Under the pieces are notes generated by a model. The model saw only the letters and a list, made by a program, of their open reading frames with translations. It ran no database searches and had not been told where the DNA came from. The translations under genes and the position numbers were made by a program. This document shows positions 8,234-17,819 of a stretch of 64,000 nt of DNA, piece by piece. Positions within the stretch are counted from its first letter, which is position 1. Each line of letters starts with the position of its first letter. This stretch comes from Ruminiclostridium sp. GTDB lineage: Bacteria; Bacillota; Clostridia; Oscillospirales; Ruminococcaceae. The DNA lies in contig JAIKZF010000044.1 of the NCBI GenBank assembly GCA_024682455.1, positions 4,392 through 68,391 on the forward strand, written 5' to 3'.

Positions 8234-9501
8234 ACGCTGCCCTCCTCGATCTCTACCGTTATATCTCCGTCGATACCGCCGAGCGTTTCCGGTTTCAGTA
8301 TGATGTCCTCCATTTCGCTCGGTACGGTAATGCGCTTCTTCTTCGATACTATCGTGTTATCTCCCGCCGAGACCTTTATCGTGCAGCCCTTGTACACGTT
8401 CCTTGCGCGAAAGCGCAGGTGTATGTCCTCGCCGGTATTGGCGGTGTCTATCATACCTGGAACTGTATATCTGACGCCGTTCCCGGCTATAAGCTTTACA
8501 ATATGTGGCTCGTTCACGCGCGCCCCCTTGTCCGCGATATACTTCGCGGCGTTTCTGCCCGCTCTGCCGGCCTCCTCGGAGACGAAGTCGACCAGGTCGT
8601 GCACGTGAAGCACGTTCCCGCAGGCGAAAATGCCGGGTATGCTGGTGGCGAGAGTCTCGTCGACCGCGGGACCGTTGGTGGCTCCGTTTATTGTTATGCC
8701 CGCCGAGATCGAGAGTTCGTTCTCGGGTATAAGCCCGCAGGACAGCAGCAGGGTGTCGCACTCATAGTATTCCTCGGTGCCGGGTATCGGCGTACCCGTG
8801 CCGTCGACCTCGGCGATCACTACGCCCTCAAGTCTGCGCTTTCCCCTGATATCGACAACGGTATGGCTGAGCTTCAGCGGTATGCCGTAGTCGTCGAGAC
8901 ACTGCACGATGTTGCGCTTCAGACCTCCGGAGTAGGGCATTAGCTCCGCGACGAGCTTCACGTGCGCGCCCTCAAGAGTCATTCTTCTCGCCATTATCAG
9001 TCCGATATCTCCCGAGCCGAGGATAACGACCTCCTTGCCGGGAAGCACTCCCTCGCAGTTGACGAGCTTCTGTGCGGTACCCGCGGTGTAAATGCCCTGA
9101 GGTCTCATTCCGGGTATATTCAGAGCTCCCCTCGGGCGCTCGCGACAGCCCATTGCGAGAATGACCGCGTCCGTTTCGATCACGCGGAGCCCCTTTTCCT
9201 TGCTGACCACGGTGATACGTTTATCGGGGCTTACGGACAGCACCATGCTCCCGGTCTCGCAGCGTATGCCGCGCTTTTTCACCTGCCCGGCGTATCTGCC
9301 CGCGTATTCCGGACCCGTGAGCTCCTCCTTGAAGGAATGCAGCCCGAAGCCGTTGTGTATGCATTGATTGAGTATGCCGCCGAGCTCGTCGTCGCGCTCG
9401 AACACGGTAACGTCGGTCACGCCGCTGTCATACGCGGCGATCGCGGCCGCCATGCCCGCGGGGCCTCCTCCTATCACAGCAAGGGAAATATGTTCAGCCA
9501 T
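8230..9501 (-). CDS. NAD(P)/FAD-dependent oxidoreductase
   Basis: VIGGGPAG, GGILNQCIHNGFG, GCRERPRG, GSGDIGLIMARR, GNVLHVHDLVD. Confidence 0.9.
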   Translation of the reverse strand: MAEHISLAVIGGGPAGMAAAIAAYDSGVTDVTVFERDDELGGILNQCIHNGFGLHSFKEELTGPEYAGRYAGQVKKRGIRCETGSMVLSVSPDKRITVVSKEKGLRVIETDAVILAMGCRERPRGALNIPGMRPQGIYTAGTAQKLVNCEGVLPGKEVVILGSGDIGLIMARRMTLEGAHVKLVAELMPYSGGLKRNIVQCLDDYGIPLKLSHTVVDIRGKRRLEGVVIAEVDGTGTPIPGTEEYYECDTLLLSCGLIPENELSISAGITINGATNGPAVDETLATSIPGIFACGNVLHVHDLVDFVSEEAGRAGRNAAKYIADKGARVNEPHIVKLIAGNGVRYTVPGMIDTANTGEDIHLRFRARNVYKGCTIKVSAGDNTIVSKKKRITVPSEMEDIILKPETLGGIDGDITVEIEEGSV

Positions 9502-10909
9502 TCTTCTTCACCTCCGCTATCGAAATGCCCAGCTTTTCGGCGAGCATAGCCATTACCTTCGGGGAGCAGAAGCCTCCCTGGCATCTGCCCATGCCCGCGC
9601 CTGTCCTGCGCTTTACGCCGTCGAGGGTGGTCGCGCCGAGAGGTCTGCCGATACTGTCGGCTATCTCTCCCTCGCTGACCGACGAGCAGCGGCAGATTAT
9701 CCGTCCGTAGGCGGGGTTCTGCTTTATCAGCTCAGCGCGCTCCTCGTCCGGGAGCATTGCGAGCAGGGTTATGCCCTTTCTTGTCGGGATAAAGTCCGCC
9801 TTCTCCCTGAGCGGCATTATCCCCGCGACGATATCGCGTATATACTCGGCTATCGCGGGGGCGCTGGTAAGTCCCGGGGACTCTATGCCCGCCGCGTCGA
9901 TGAAGCCCTTCACCTTCTCGTCCTCACGGATTATGAAATCTCCGGTGCTGCCGGTTGCGCGAAGCCCCGAGAACGATGTGATGACCTGATTGTAGGGAAT
10001 GTTCTTTACCGACAGAGCGCTTATCCTGCGGACGGTATCCAGTCCGCCGCGCGTGGTGGCTGTATCCTCCCTGTCCCCGATATCCTCGGCGGTCGGACCG
10101 AGCAGGAGGTTCCCGTGGACGGTGGGCGTGACGAGTATGCCCTTGCCCATTTTTGTCGGGAGCTGGAAGATCGTGGAGCTAACGATGCCTCCGGCGCTGC
10201 GGTCGAGCAGCATATATTCGCCGCGTCTCGCGTTTATGGTGAACGAAGGCTCACAGACCATATCGTGTATCTTGTCCGCGTAGATACCGGCGCAGTTGAT
10301 AACGCATTTCGCCGTGATATCGCCCTTTTCAGCCGATATCACGAAACGCCCGTCCTGCATGCGGGTGACGGATTTCACCTCGTTGGAGAGGCTGAATTCG
10401 ACGCCGTTGGCAAGCGCGTTTTCCGCGAAAGCCAGCGTCATCCCGAACGGGCATACTATTCCGGAGGTCTCGGCGTATAAAGCTCCGCAGACGTCGTCCG
10501 CGAGGGCGGGCTCTTTTGTGTGGGCTTCCTCGCTCGATAATATCCGAAGCCCCGGAACGCCGTTCTTTCTGCCGCGCTCCAGAAGCTCGTCCAGCTTCGG
10601 CAGATCGGCTTCGTCCGTGCAGGCGACCATTGCGCCGCAGCGTATGAACGGTATGTCCAGATCTCTCGAAAGCTCTGTCATCATGCTGTTCCCGCGGACA
10701 TTGAGCCTTGCTTTCAGAGTGCCGGGCTCCGCGTCGAAGCCCGCGTGGATTATGGCGCTGTTTGCCTTGCTTGTGCCTTCACACACGTCGCTCTCTCTGT
10801 CGAGCACGATAACCGACAGCTCATAACGCGAGAGCTCCCTTGCCGCCGCGCAGCCGGTAACGCCCGCGCCTATGACGGCGATATCGTATTCGTGTCTTTT
10901 ATCTGTCAT
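9494..10909 (-). CDS. FAD-dependent glycerol-3-phosphate dehydrogenase-like oxidoreductase with C-terminal BFD-like [2Fe-2S] domain
   Basis: VIGAGVTG, TSKANSAIIHAG, GIESPGLTSAPA, ICRC...GRCQGGFC. Confidence 0.85.
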   Translation of the reverse strand: MTDKRHEYDIAVIGAGVTGCAAARELSRYELSVIVLDRESDVCEGTSKANSAIIHAGFDAEPGTLKARLNVRGNSMMTELSRDLDIPFIRCGAMVACTDEADLPKLDELLERGRKNGVPGLRILSSEEAHTKEPALADDVCGALYAETSGIVCPFGMTLAFAENALANGVEFSLSNEVKSVTRMQDGRFVISAEKGDITAKCVINCAGIYADKIHDMVCEPSFTINARRGEYMLLDRSAGGIVSSTIFQLPTKMGKGILVTPTVHGNLLLGPTAEDIGDREDTATTRGGLDTVRRISALSVKNIPYNQVITSFSGLRATGSTGDFIIREDEKVKGFIDAAGIESPGLTSAPAIAEYIRDIVAGIMPLREKADFIPTRKGITLLAMLPDEERAELIKQNPAYGRIICRCSSVSEGEIADSIGRPLGATTLDGVKRRTGAGMGRCQGGFCSPKVMAMLAEKLGISIAEVKKNG

Positions 10910-10966
10910 CGGTACACTTCCTTTTTCTGTTCATAGTATCCGGGAAAACGTAAATCACACAAGTTT

Positions 10967-11039
10967 ATTATACCATATTTTGTATACAATTGTCAACAAT
11001 TACATAAATGTTGACAAATTTCGTTTCTTATTGTATAAT
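10967..11039. promoter_or_regulatory. back-to-back divergent sigma-A promoters
   Basis: Minus strand TTGACA(10996-10991)-18-TATAAT(10972-10967); plus strand TTGACA(11011-11016)-17-TATAAT(11034-11039). Confidence 0.75.
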
Positions 11040-11092
11040 ATATCTGGTGAACGCATACCGCGGTCACAATAAAAAGAAAGGTACATAAACCA

Positions 11093-12415
11093 ATGAGTGA
11101 ACAAAAGACATGGGGATATGAGGCGGTCTTTTATCAGATCTATCCTCTCGGACTATGCGGAGCGCCGTACGAAAACGACGGCATACAGGAGCACCGCATC
11201 CTGAAAATACTCGACTGGGCGGAGCATATAGCCGGGCTTGGCTGCACGGCGGTCTATTTCTCGCCGCTGTTCGAGTCGGATACTCACGGCTACAACACAC
11301 GGGACTACAAGCGCGTAGATACCCGTCTCGGCACGAACGAGGACTTTAAGCAGGTCTGCGACGCCCTGCACGAAAAGGGTGTAAAAGTGGTGCTCGACGG
11401 CGTGTTCAACCACGTAGGACGCGGCTTCCCGCAGTTCCGCGACGTGTGCGAGAAGAAATGGGATTCTCCGTACAAGGACTGGTTCTTCATCAACTTCGAC
11501 GGCAACAGCAATTATAACGACGGTCTGTGGTATGAGGGCTGGGAGGGTCATTTCGATCTCGTGAAGCTCAACCTCCGCAATCCCGCGGTCGTCGATCACC
11601 TGCTCGACGCGGTAAAATACTGGATAGAATACTTCGGCATCGACGGTATAAGGCTCGATGTGGCTTATTCGCTGGACTTCGACTTCATAAAGCGCCTGAG
11701 GTCGTTTACCGACGGTCTTAAGGACGATTTCTTCCTCATAGGCGAGCTGCTGCACGGCGATTACTCCCGCTGGGTCAATCCGGAGATGCTCCACTCCGCC
11801 ACGAATTACGAGTGCTACAAGGGGCTTTATTCGAGCTTCAACAGCATGAATATGTTCGAGATATGCCATTCTCTCAAGAACCGCTTCGGTCCCGAGAACT
11901 GGTGTATGTACCGCGGACTGCACCTGCTGAGCTTCGCGGACAACCACGATGTGACCAGGATCGCGAGCATACTGACGAATCCCGCGCACCTGCCGCTCGT
12001 TTACACTATGCTGTTCGGTATGCCGGGCATACCGTGCGTATATTACGGCAGCGAGTGGGGAGCGAAGGCTCTGAAAAGCGAGGGAGACCCCGCACTGCGT
12101 CCCGCCTTCGACAAGCCGGAGAGCAACGAAATCACGGAGCTTATCCGCCGTCTCGCGAAAGCCCGCCGGGAATGCAAGGCGCTCAGCTTCGGCAGCCTGA
12201 AAATACCGGTGCTGACCAATAAGCAGTGCATACTGCAGCGCGACTTTGAGGGCGAGCGCGTGTTCGTTGCTATAAACGCCGATACGGCGCCGTACACAGC
12301 GCATTTCGACGCGGGCTTCGGACTCGCTGACGACTATGTTACCGGCGAAGTCCACGACTTCGGCGGAGGCAGTGAGATAGCGCCGCTGAGCGGTCATATC
12401 TGGCGCTGCAAATAA
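11093..12415 (+). CDS. GH13 alpha-amylase family (maltodextrin glucosidase/cyclomaltodextrinase-like), cytoplasmic
   Basis: FYQIYP, HGYNTRDY, LDGVFNH, DGIRLDVA, GE, DNHD, PGIPCVYYGSE. Confidence 0.9.
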   Translation: MSEQKTWGYEAVFYQIYPLGLCGAPYENDGIQEHRILKILDWAEHIAGLGCTAVYFSPLFESDTHGYNTRDYKRVDTRLGTNEDFKQVCDALHEKGVKVVLDGVFNHVGRGFPQFRDVCEKKWDSPYKDWFFINFDGNSNYNDGLWYEGWEGHFDLVKLNLRNPAVVDHLLDAVKYWIEYFGIDGIRLDVAYSLDFDFIKRLRSFTDGLKDDFFLIGELLHGDYSRWVNPEMLHSATNYECYKGLYSSFNSMNMFEICHSLKNRFGPENWCMYRGLHLLSFADNHDVTRIASILTNPAHLPLVYTMLFGMPGIPCVYYGSEWGAKALKSEGDPALRPAFDKPESNEITELIRRLAKARRECKALSFGSLKIPVLTNKQCILQRDFEGERVFVAINADTAPYTAHFDAGFGLADDYVTGEVHDFGGGSEIAPLSGHIWRCK

Positions 12416-12436
12416 GTGCTTTTCCGGGAAAAGCTA

Positions 12437-12465
12437 TTGACTTTTTAGCGGTTTTATGTTATAAT
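12437..12465 (+). promoter_or_regulatory. sigma-A promoter
   Basis: TTGACT-17-TATAAT with extended TG. Confidence 0.65.
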
Positions 12466-12542
12466 GCTTTAGTACGATAGGTTTTTTCGCGCGCGGATAG
12501 GAAAAGCTCCGCAGCACGTGCGGGAATCGAAAGGTGAAGAAT

Positions 12543-14213
12543 ATGAAAAAGCTTGTCAAATCCTCTCTTGTCATCATAGTAGTCGTTTTGATCTCGGCAG
12601 TATATCTTACCGTTTCTATGTTCATATTCGGCAACAGCACCAACACGCTCATCCGTGATACTACGCAGATGTATATCGATGAGAACGTAAAGGCGATGGC
12701 GGCCATATTCAACACCAAGCTCGAAGACCAGCTCGTCATGCTGGAGTCGCAGGTAAGATACTTCCGCGACATAGACCTTTCGGACTATAACGCCATGCGC
12801 GACAGGATAATGCAGACAAAGGGTATCGGCGCATTCAAGAATATCGGCGTCGCGAATACTACCGGAGCCACGATCAACTACAACGGAAAGTCCTCCGGCA
12901 ATATCATGCTGACCGATTATTTCAAGGCGGTCATGCAGGGACACGACTCGATCTCGCAGAGCACATACAAGGACGAGGACGGCGACGAGGTACTCGTACT
13001 CGCGGTACCGATAGTGACCGACGGCAAGGTCGTCGGAACGGTATACGGAACATTCACCAAGGATATCCTCAATAACCTCGTTGAGACCGTAAGCTTCGGC
13101 GAGGCGAGCGCGAACGTGCTTTTCGACGACGACGGCACCGTGCTCGCGTACTCGCAGGATACGAGCTTCATCAACGCTTCCGACACCAACCTGTACACAA
13201 TGGTGAACTACGACGATTCCAAAGCCGATGAAGTGATACATCCGTATAAGAAGGGCAATACCGAGATGTTCGCGGCGATCACCTCTGTCGGTGTGCACGG
13301 GTGGAACTTCGCCACTCTGCTGCCGAGCTCGGTCATCACGGATGTTACCAAAGCGATAGGCCGCTATGTTATATACATAATTTTCGCGATCAGCGTGGTA
13401 TTCGTGATGCTGCTCGGCTCGATACTGCTGCTGATGAAGAACCTGAATTCCGCGAGAAAGGACAAGGCGCGCATCACCGCGGAGCTGGGAGTCGCCACAA
13501 AAATCCAGGCGGATATGCTTCCCACGGACTTCCCCGTGCGCAGCGACCTGGAGCTTTGCGCGACAATGACCCCGGCAAAGGAGGTCGGCGGCGATTTCTA
13601 CGACTTCTTCTTTGTTGACGACGATCATATAGCTTTGGTAATGGCTGACGTTTCCGGAAAGGGTGTACCCGCGTCGCTGTTCATGGCGATATCCAAGGTC
13701 GTTCTGCGCAATCAGGTAATGGTCGGTGGTACGCCGAGTGAGATACTTGAGACCGTGAACAATATCCTGTGCGCGAACAACAGCGCAGGTCTGTTCGTGA
13801 CCGTATGGCTCGGCATACTCGATCTGAACACCGGCGAGATAAGCTGCTCCAACGCGGGACACGAATATCCCGTGGTGAACCGCCTCGGCAAGGGCTTTGA
13901 GGTCGCGGAGGGCGAAAACTGCCCGCCTCTCGCGGCAATGGAGGATATGGTGTTCGACGACGAGAAGATCGTCCTTCAGCCCGGAGACAGCATCTTCCTG
14001 TATACCGACGGCGTCCCCGAGGCAAAGAACGCCGGCGGAGCACGCTTCGGCATGGAGGCTATGACCGCGGGTCTGAACGAAGGCGCGTCGCTTTCTCCCG
14101 ACGGACTTCTGAAATCTCTTAAGGAAAAGATAGATACCTTCGTCGGAGAGCTCGATCCTTTCGACGATATAACCATGATGAGCCTGACCTACAAGGGCAG
14201 GGAAAACAAGTGA
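12543..14213 (+). CDS. membrane PP2C/SpoIIE-type (RsbU-like) phosphatase with extracellular Cache-like domain
   Basis: Two TMs flanking a Cache-like region (DYFKAVMQG...VLAVPI); EVGGDFYD, ADVSGKG, NAGHE, LYTDGV, DDIT. Start 12543 or 12534. Confidence 0.9.
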   Translation: MKKLVKSSLVIIVVVLISAVYLTVSMFIFGNSTNTLIRDTTQMYIDENVKAMAAIFNTKLEDQLVMLESQVRYFRDIDLSDYNAMRDRIMQTKGIGAFKNIGVANTTGATINYNGKSSGNIMLTDYFKAVMQGHDSISQSTYKDEDGDEVLVLAVPIVTDGKVVGTVYGTFTKDILNNLVETVSFGEASANVLFDDDGTVLAYSQDTSFINASDTNLYTMVNYDDSKADEVIHPYKKGNTEMFAAITSVGVHGWNFATLLPSSVITDVTKAIGRYVIYIIFAISVVFVMLLGSILLLMKNLNSARKDKARITAELGVATKIQADMLPTDFPVRSDLELCATMTPAKEVGGDFYDFFFVDDDHIALVMADVSGKGVPASLFMAISKVVLRNQVMVGGTPSEILETVNNILCANNSAGLFVTVWLGILDLNTGEISCSNAGHEYPVVNRLGKGFEVAEGENCPPLAAMEDMVFDDEKIVLQPGDSIFLYTDGVPEAKNAGGARFGMEAMTAGLNEGASLSPDGLLKSLKEKIDTFVGELDPFDDITMMSLTYKGRENK

Positions 14214-14220
14214 CTTACCG

Positions 14221-14247
14221 GCTCCCGGATATCCCGGGAGCTTATTT
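14221..14247 (+). terminator. intrinsic terminator
   Basis: GCTCCCGG-ATATC-CCGGGAGC followed by TTATTT. Confidence 0.65.
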
Positions 14248-14278
14248 ATGTACGGATATAAATTTATCGGCTCAAGTA

Positions 14279-14307
14279 TTGATTTTCGGGGAAAAAGATG
14301 TTATAAT
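14279..14307 (+). promoter_or_regulatory. sigma-A promoter of the surface protein gene
   Basis: TTGATT-17-TATAAT with extended TG. Confidence 0.6.
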
Positions 14308-14347
14308 GAATGTATGATATCATTATGCCGATCGTGGGGTGTGAGAT

Positions 14348-17098
14348 ATGAAAATAAAAAGAATCACGAAAAAAATAATAGGACTGTTCACGGCGTTCGC
14401 CATGCTGTTTGTGCTGCCCGTTGATCCCGGAGCTTATTCCGGCAGGATCACGCAGAGCGGCGTTTACGCTTCCGACACGGAGGTGCTGAAAGGGCAGAAG
14501 TTCACCGTGTCCGTATATGTCCCCGTTTCAAAAAAGGACGCGGATAAGCTTGATTTCGAGCTTAAATATGACAAAACTGCGTTTGAGCTTATCGGCAGTC
14601 TCGATTCCTGGAAGGAGGGGCTCCCTGCCGACTGCCGCGTTCTTGTCGGAGATGAGGGTACGATAAGCCTTTCGACCGGCGACAACGAGGTCATCAGCCT
14701 CAGCGAAGGCCTCAGCTTTACGGCTGGTTTCGTTGTCAGGGACGGGGCTGCTGTCGGGGATTATGAATTTCAGCTCACAAAGCACAGCGCACTGATGTAT
14801 TCGTTCACCGGCCTCGAAAAGGAAGAGCTGTGGGAGCCCAGCCAGGAAACAGCCACGGTCACCGTCGGAAGGAAGAACATATACCCCCTGACCGACGGAG
14901 GTATCGGTGTTTCGGATACCGAGGTGCGCCGCGGCGACGTGTTCGCGGTCTCGATAGATATTCCCGCCATAACGAAGACCCCCGACACGTTCGAGGTGAG
15001 CGTCCGTTTCGATCCTTTCGTGTTCGATGTCGAAACGTGGGACTACTACGGAAGCCTGTACAGCGATGATTATTTCAACGCGGACTTTACCTATGACTAC
15101 GAGAGCTTCACGGTCTCCGCGGATTGTAAGAAGAAAAATGTCGACCTCAGCCACGGGGTGAGATTCGTAGCCACCCTGCGCGTTACGTCTGACGCGAGGG
15201 TCGGCAGGACGCAGGAGCTTCTGCTCGACGCCCATGTATCGTATAAGGAAAACGGCGAAGAGACCAGTCTCTGGTCTCCGGATACTTACAGACAGCGTGT
15301 TACCATACTTGAGGGAAGCACTCCCGCACCCGTCAGCGGCAACGGTATATCGGTCTCCGATACATACGCGGCTCCGGGAGACACATTTAACGTCAATATC
15401 GTAGTTCCGGGCTTTATCGACGCGGAAGAAGCCGTGCTGACGGCAAAGTTCGATTCCGACGCGTTCGAGCTGGTCAGGTGGACAGCCGACGAGCTCTGCG
15501 TACATCAGACCGGCGGTACGGGATATATAACCGCTAATGTATACGGAAGAGGGGCGTCTGTCTGCCTGAGCAGGGGATTGAAGCTCACGGCTGTGCTGCG
15601 GGCGAGGAAGACTGCGGCTTACGGCAAGTATCGTATCGACCTGACCCGGTATTCCGTGACCGATACGTACGGCAGACTGCTCTGGAAGCCCGAGCGTACC
15701 TACGCGTACGTGACCGTCGGCGGCATATCGCCTGTTTCTGCCGTTACAGGCGGCGGTATAAGTGTAACGAGCTATAACGTATATCCCGAGGAGCGGTTCA
15801 CGGTGAACATAACCGTACCGCCTGTCGATGCTGTCGCCGATTCGGTATATATGTACATAACCTACGATGCCAACGCGTTTGAGCTGGTATCCTGGTATTC
15901 GCCTCTGGCGGATGTCTACGCAGACAGCGGCTACGGATATTTCGGGCTGTCCGGGGGAGACATACGCGCTGATCTGTCGAGGGGCTTCACCGCGTCGGCA
16001 GTGCTGATCCCCAGAAGGTACATAGCGGCGGGGACTTATGATATCGTTCTTCAGTCGGCGAACATGAGAATGCTGACGGGTTACGGCAGCGAATTCTGCG
16101 AGCTGTGGTATCCGCTGAACGTAAGAGCGTCCGTGAACGTGTTCGGATATACGACAAATTTGTATGATTATAACAACAACGGCTATTACTATTATACCGG
16201 CAGTTACCCTCCGTATCCCGGCTGGGGCGTCCCGGTAGTTACCGAACGTTCGACCACTCCCGCGGCTACTACGACCGCAAGGATAACAGAGCGCGACGAG
16301 CCCGACGATTACATACCGCCGGAGACTGTCCCGCCTGTGGAGACAAGAGCTCCCGAGACCTATATCCCCGAAGACGTTGACGACCCCGACGATTATCCCT
16401 ACGACGACCCCGACGATGCTCCGGACGACTATCCCGACGGCAGCCCAGAGCCGGAAAATGAAGGTGAGTCCGCGGAGACCACCGTGTTTATCCCGGACAG
16501 ACCTGCGGCTGCCGAGGTCTCGCTGGATATGAAGCTCGACGGACTTTCCGACAGGAGAGTCGTAATATCGACGAAGAAGAGCTTCTTCAACGGAGATGTC
16601 ACGGTCATCATGAGCAGACCCGACTGGGTGGAGGACAGCGCGGCTGATGCTCTGCGCAGGCTCGGTATGTCAGGGAACAAGCATTATTCGTTCGATATCA
16701 GCGTGTTCAACGAGCTTACGGGCAGGTATATCAGTACGATAAAGAACGGCTACATTACGTTCGGTATCCCCGTACCGAGCTCGCTTGCGGATTCCGCGCC
16801 GTCGATACGCGTATATCACGTGAAAGACGGCGAGCCTCAGCTGGTGGAGAGCAGGCTCGAAAATGAGGACGGCCGCACGGTGGTGTACTTTACCGCCGAT
16901 TCGTTCTCGCCGTATATGCTGGTCTCGATAGACAGCCTCGTGAGCGCGGCGGGTTCGGAAGTTGTCAGTCTTAACCCCAATACGGGCGCAGTCGCCGCAG
17001 TGCTGGTACCCGCGGCTGTGCTGGGCTGTGTATTGCTTTCCGCGAAACAGGTCAGACGCAGGAAAAGGGCGAAGAGACACGTAGACGATGATGAATAA
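14348..17098 (+). CDS. secreted, NPXTG sortase-anchored protein with four cohesin-like beta-sandwich modules
   Basis: Signal peptide; four ~140-aa modules sharing GI.VS...G..F.V.I.VP / (Y/F)D..AFEL / LS.G / LW.P; Thr/Pro/Asp linker; NPNTG (16973-16987) + hydrophobic stretch + RRRKRAKR tail. Confidence 0.75.
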   Translation: MKIKRITKKIIGLFTAFAMLFVLPVDPGAYSGRITQSGVYASDTEVLKGQKFTVSVYVPVSKKDADKLDFELKYDKTAFELIGSLDSWKEGLPADCRVLVGDEGTISLSTGDNEVISLSEGLSFTAGFVVRDGAAVGDYEFQLTKHSALMYSFTGLEKEELWEPSQETATVTVGRKNIYPLTDGGIGVSDTEVRRGDVFAVSIDIPAITKTPDTFEVSVRFDPFVFDVETWDYYGSLYSDDYFNADFTYDYESFTVSADCKKKNVDLSHGVRFVATLRVTSDARVGRTQELLLDAHVSYKENGEETSLWSPDTYRQRVTILEGSTPAPVSGNGISVSDTYAAPGDTFNVNIVVPGFIDAEEAVLTAKFDSDAFELVRWTADELCVHQTGGTGYITANVYGRGASVCLSRGLKLTAVLRARKTAAYGKYRIDLTRYSVTDTYGRLLWKPERTYAYVTVGGISPVSAVTGGGISVTSYNVYPEERFTVNITVPPVDAVADSVYMYITYDANAFELVSWYSPLADVYADSGYGYFGLSGGDIRADLSRGFTASAVLIPRRYIAAGTYDIVLQSANMRMLTGYGSEFCELWYPLNVRASVNVFGYTTNLYDYNNNGYYYYTGSYPPYPGWGVPVVTERSTTPAATTTARITERDEPDDYIPPETVPPVETRAPETYIPEDVDDPDDYPYDDPDDAPDDYPDGSPEPENEGESAETTVFIPDRPAAAEVSLDMKLDGLSDRRVVISTKKSFFNGDVTVIMSRPDWVEDSAADALRRLGMSGNKHYSFDISVFNELTGRYISTIKNGYITFGIPVPSSLADSAPSIRVYHVKDGEPQLVESRLENEDGRTVVYFTADSFSPYMLVSIDSLVSAAGSEVVSLNPNTGAVAAVLVPAAVLGCVLLSAKQVRRRKRAKRHVDDDE

Positions 17099-17136
17099 AA
17101 CAAGGCTGCATACCGTCTGGTATGCAGCCTTTTGTT
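17097..17136. terminator. bidirectional intrinsic terminator
   Basis: AAGGCTGCATACC-GTCT-GGTATGCAGCCTT with flanking A/T runs. Confidence 0.85.
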
Positions 17137-17175
17137 CCTTACGGAGCGCTGTGTCGGAAAAACCGGCGCGGATAT

Positions 17176-17526
17176 TCACATAAGCTCGTCGGTTATCCGG
17201 TCGAGCTCATCGAGCTCGTCAAAGCTGATCGCCGAATCAAGTCCGTCCTCGTCGGACTCGTCCATATCGTCAAAGAAAAGATCGGCGGAAAAATCAGTCT
17301 TTTTCATCTGTGCCATCATTCCGAGGCGCTGGATCTCCGCTCCCGCAGAAAAAGCAACCGCACTCTCGTTTGCTGCGGAGGAAGGAGAGGGCTTCTCTTC
17401 CGCGGTGCCGCGCATCACTTCGCCGAACCCGGAGCTCTGACCGTGAGCTTTCTTCTTCTGCGCGACAGAGACTGCCGACGTGCCGTATGCCGCTCCGAGA
17501 TCATTCAATGCTTTTGAAGATACCAT
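17176..17526 (-). CDS. hypothetical protein with acidic C-terminus
   Basis: AAGGAG RBS before ATG 17526; ends upstream of the shared terminator. Confidence 0.6.
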   Translation of the reverse strand: MVSSKALNDLGAAYGTSAVSVAQKKKAHGQSSGFGEVMRGTAEEKPSPSSAANESAVAFSAGAEIQRLGMMAQMKKTDFSADLFFDDMDESDEDGLDSAISFDELDELDRITDELM

Positions 17527-17819
17527 ATATTGCTCCTTTTCGTTTTGTCTGCCACTATATAATGCGGTCTTACCGCTTCTTTACTATTTTTGACATTATA
17601 TCACATTGCTATACAATATTCAAGACTAAATTTTAATATTTTTTAACTTTTCAACCGTATTTGTTAAAATGATACAAAAATATGTGTTAATAGTTAGAGG
17701 ATATGACCTGCTTGGCAAATATAATTCCCCGGGGAAATTATTTTTCAGATTATCCTTGATTATTGCCGTAATTTGTGTTATTATTCTATTGATGAGTTTA
17801 TTACTGCGGAGGTATCTGC

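Noticed and set aside
12459-13862. 467-aa antisense ORF (likewise 11153-12397, 23190-24989, 29145-30242, 48142-49257)
   Set aside because: Each mirrors a well-supported gene on the other strand.
12543-14213. PP2C phosphatase as partner of the kinase-like genes
   Set aside because: It is RsbU/SpoIIE-type (partner-switching), separately transcribed, and both kinase domains appear catalytically dead.
16370-16440. GACGACCCCGAC-type repeats in the surface protein
   Set aside because: They encode the acidic PDD linker; not a separate element.
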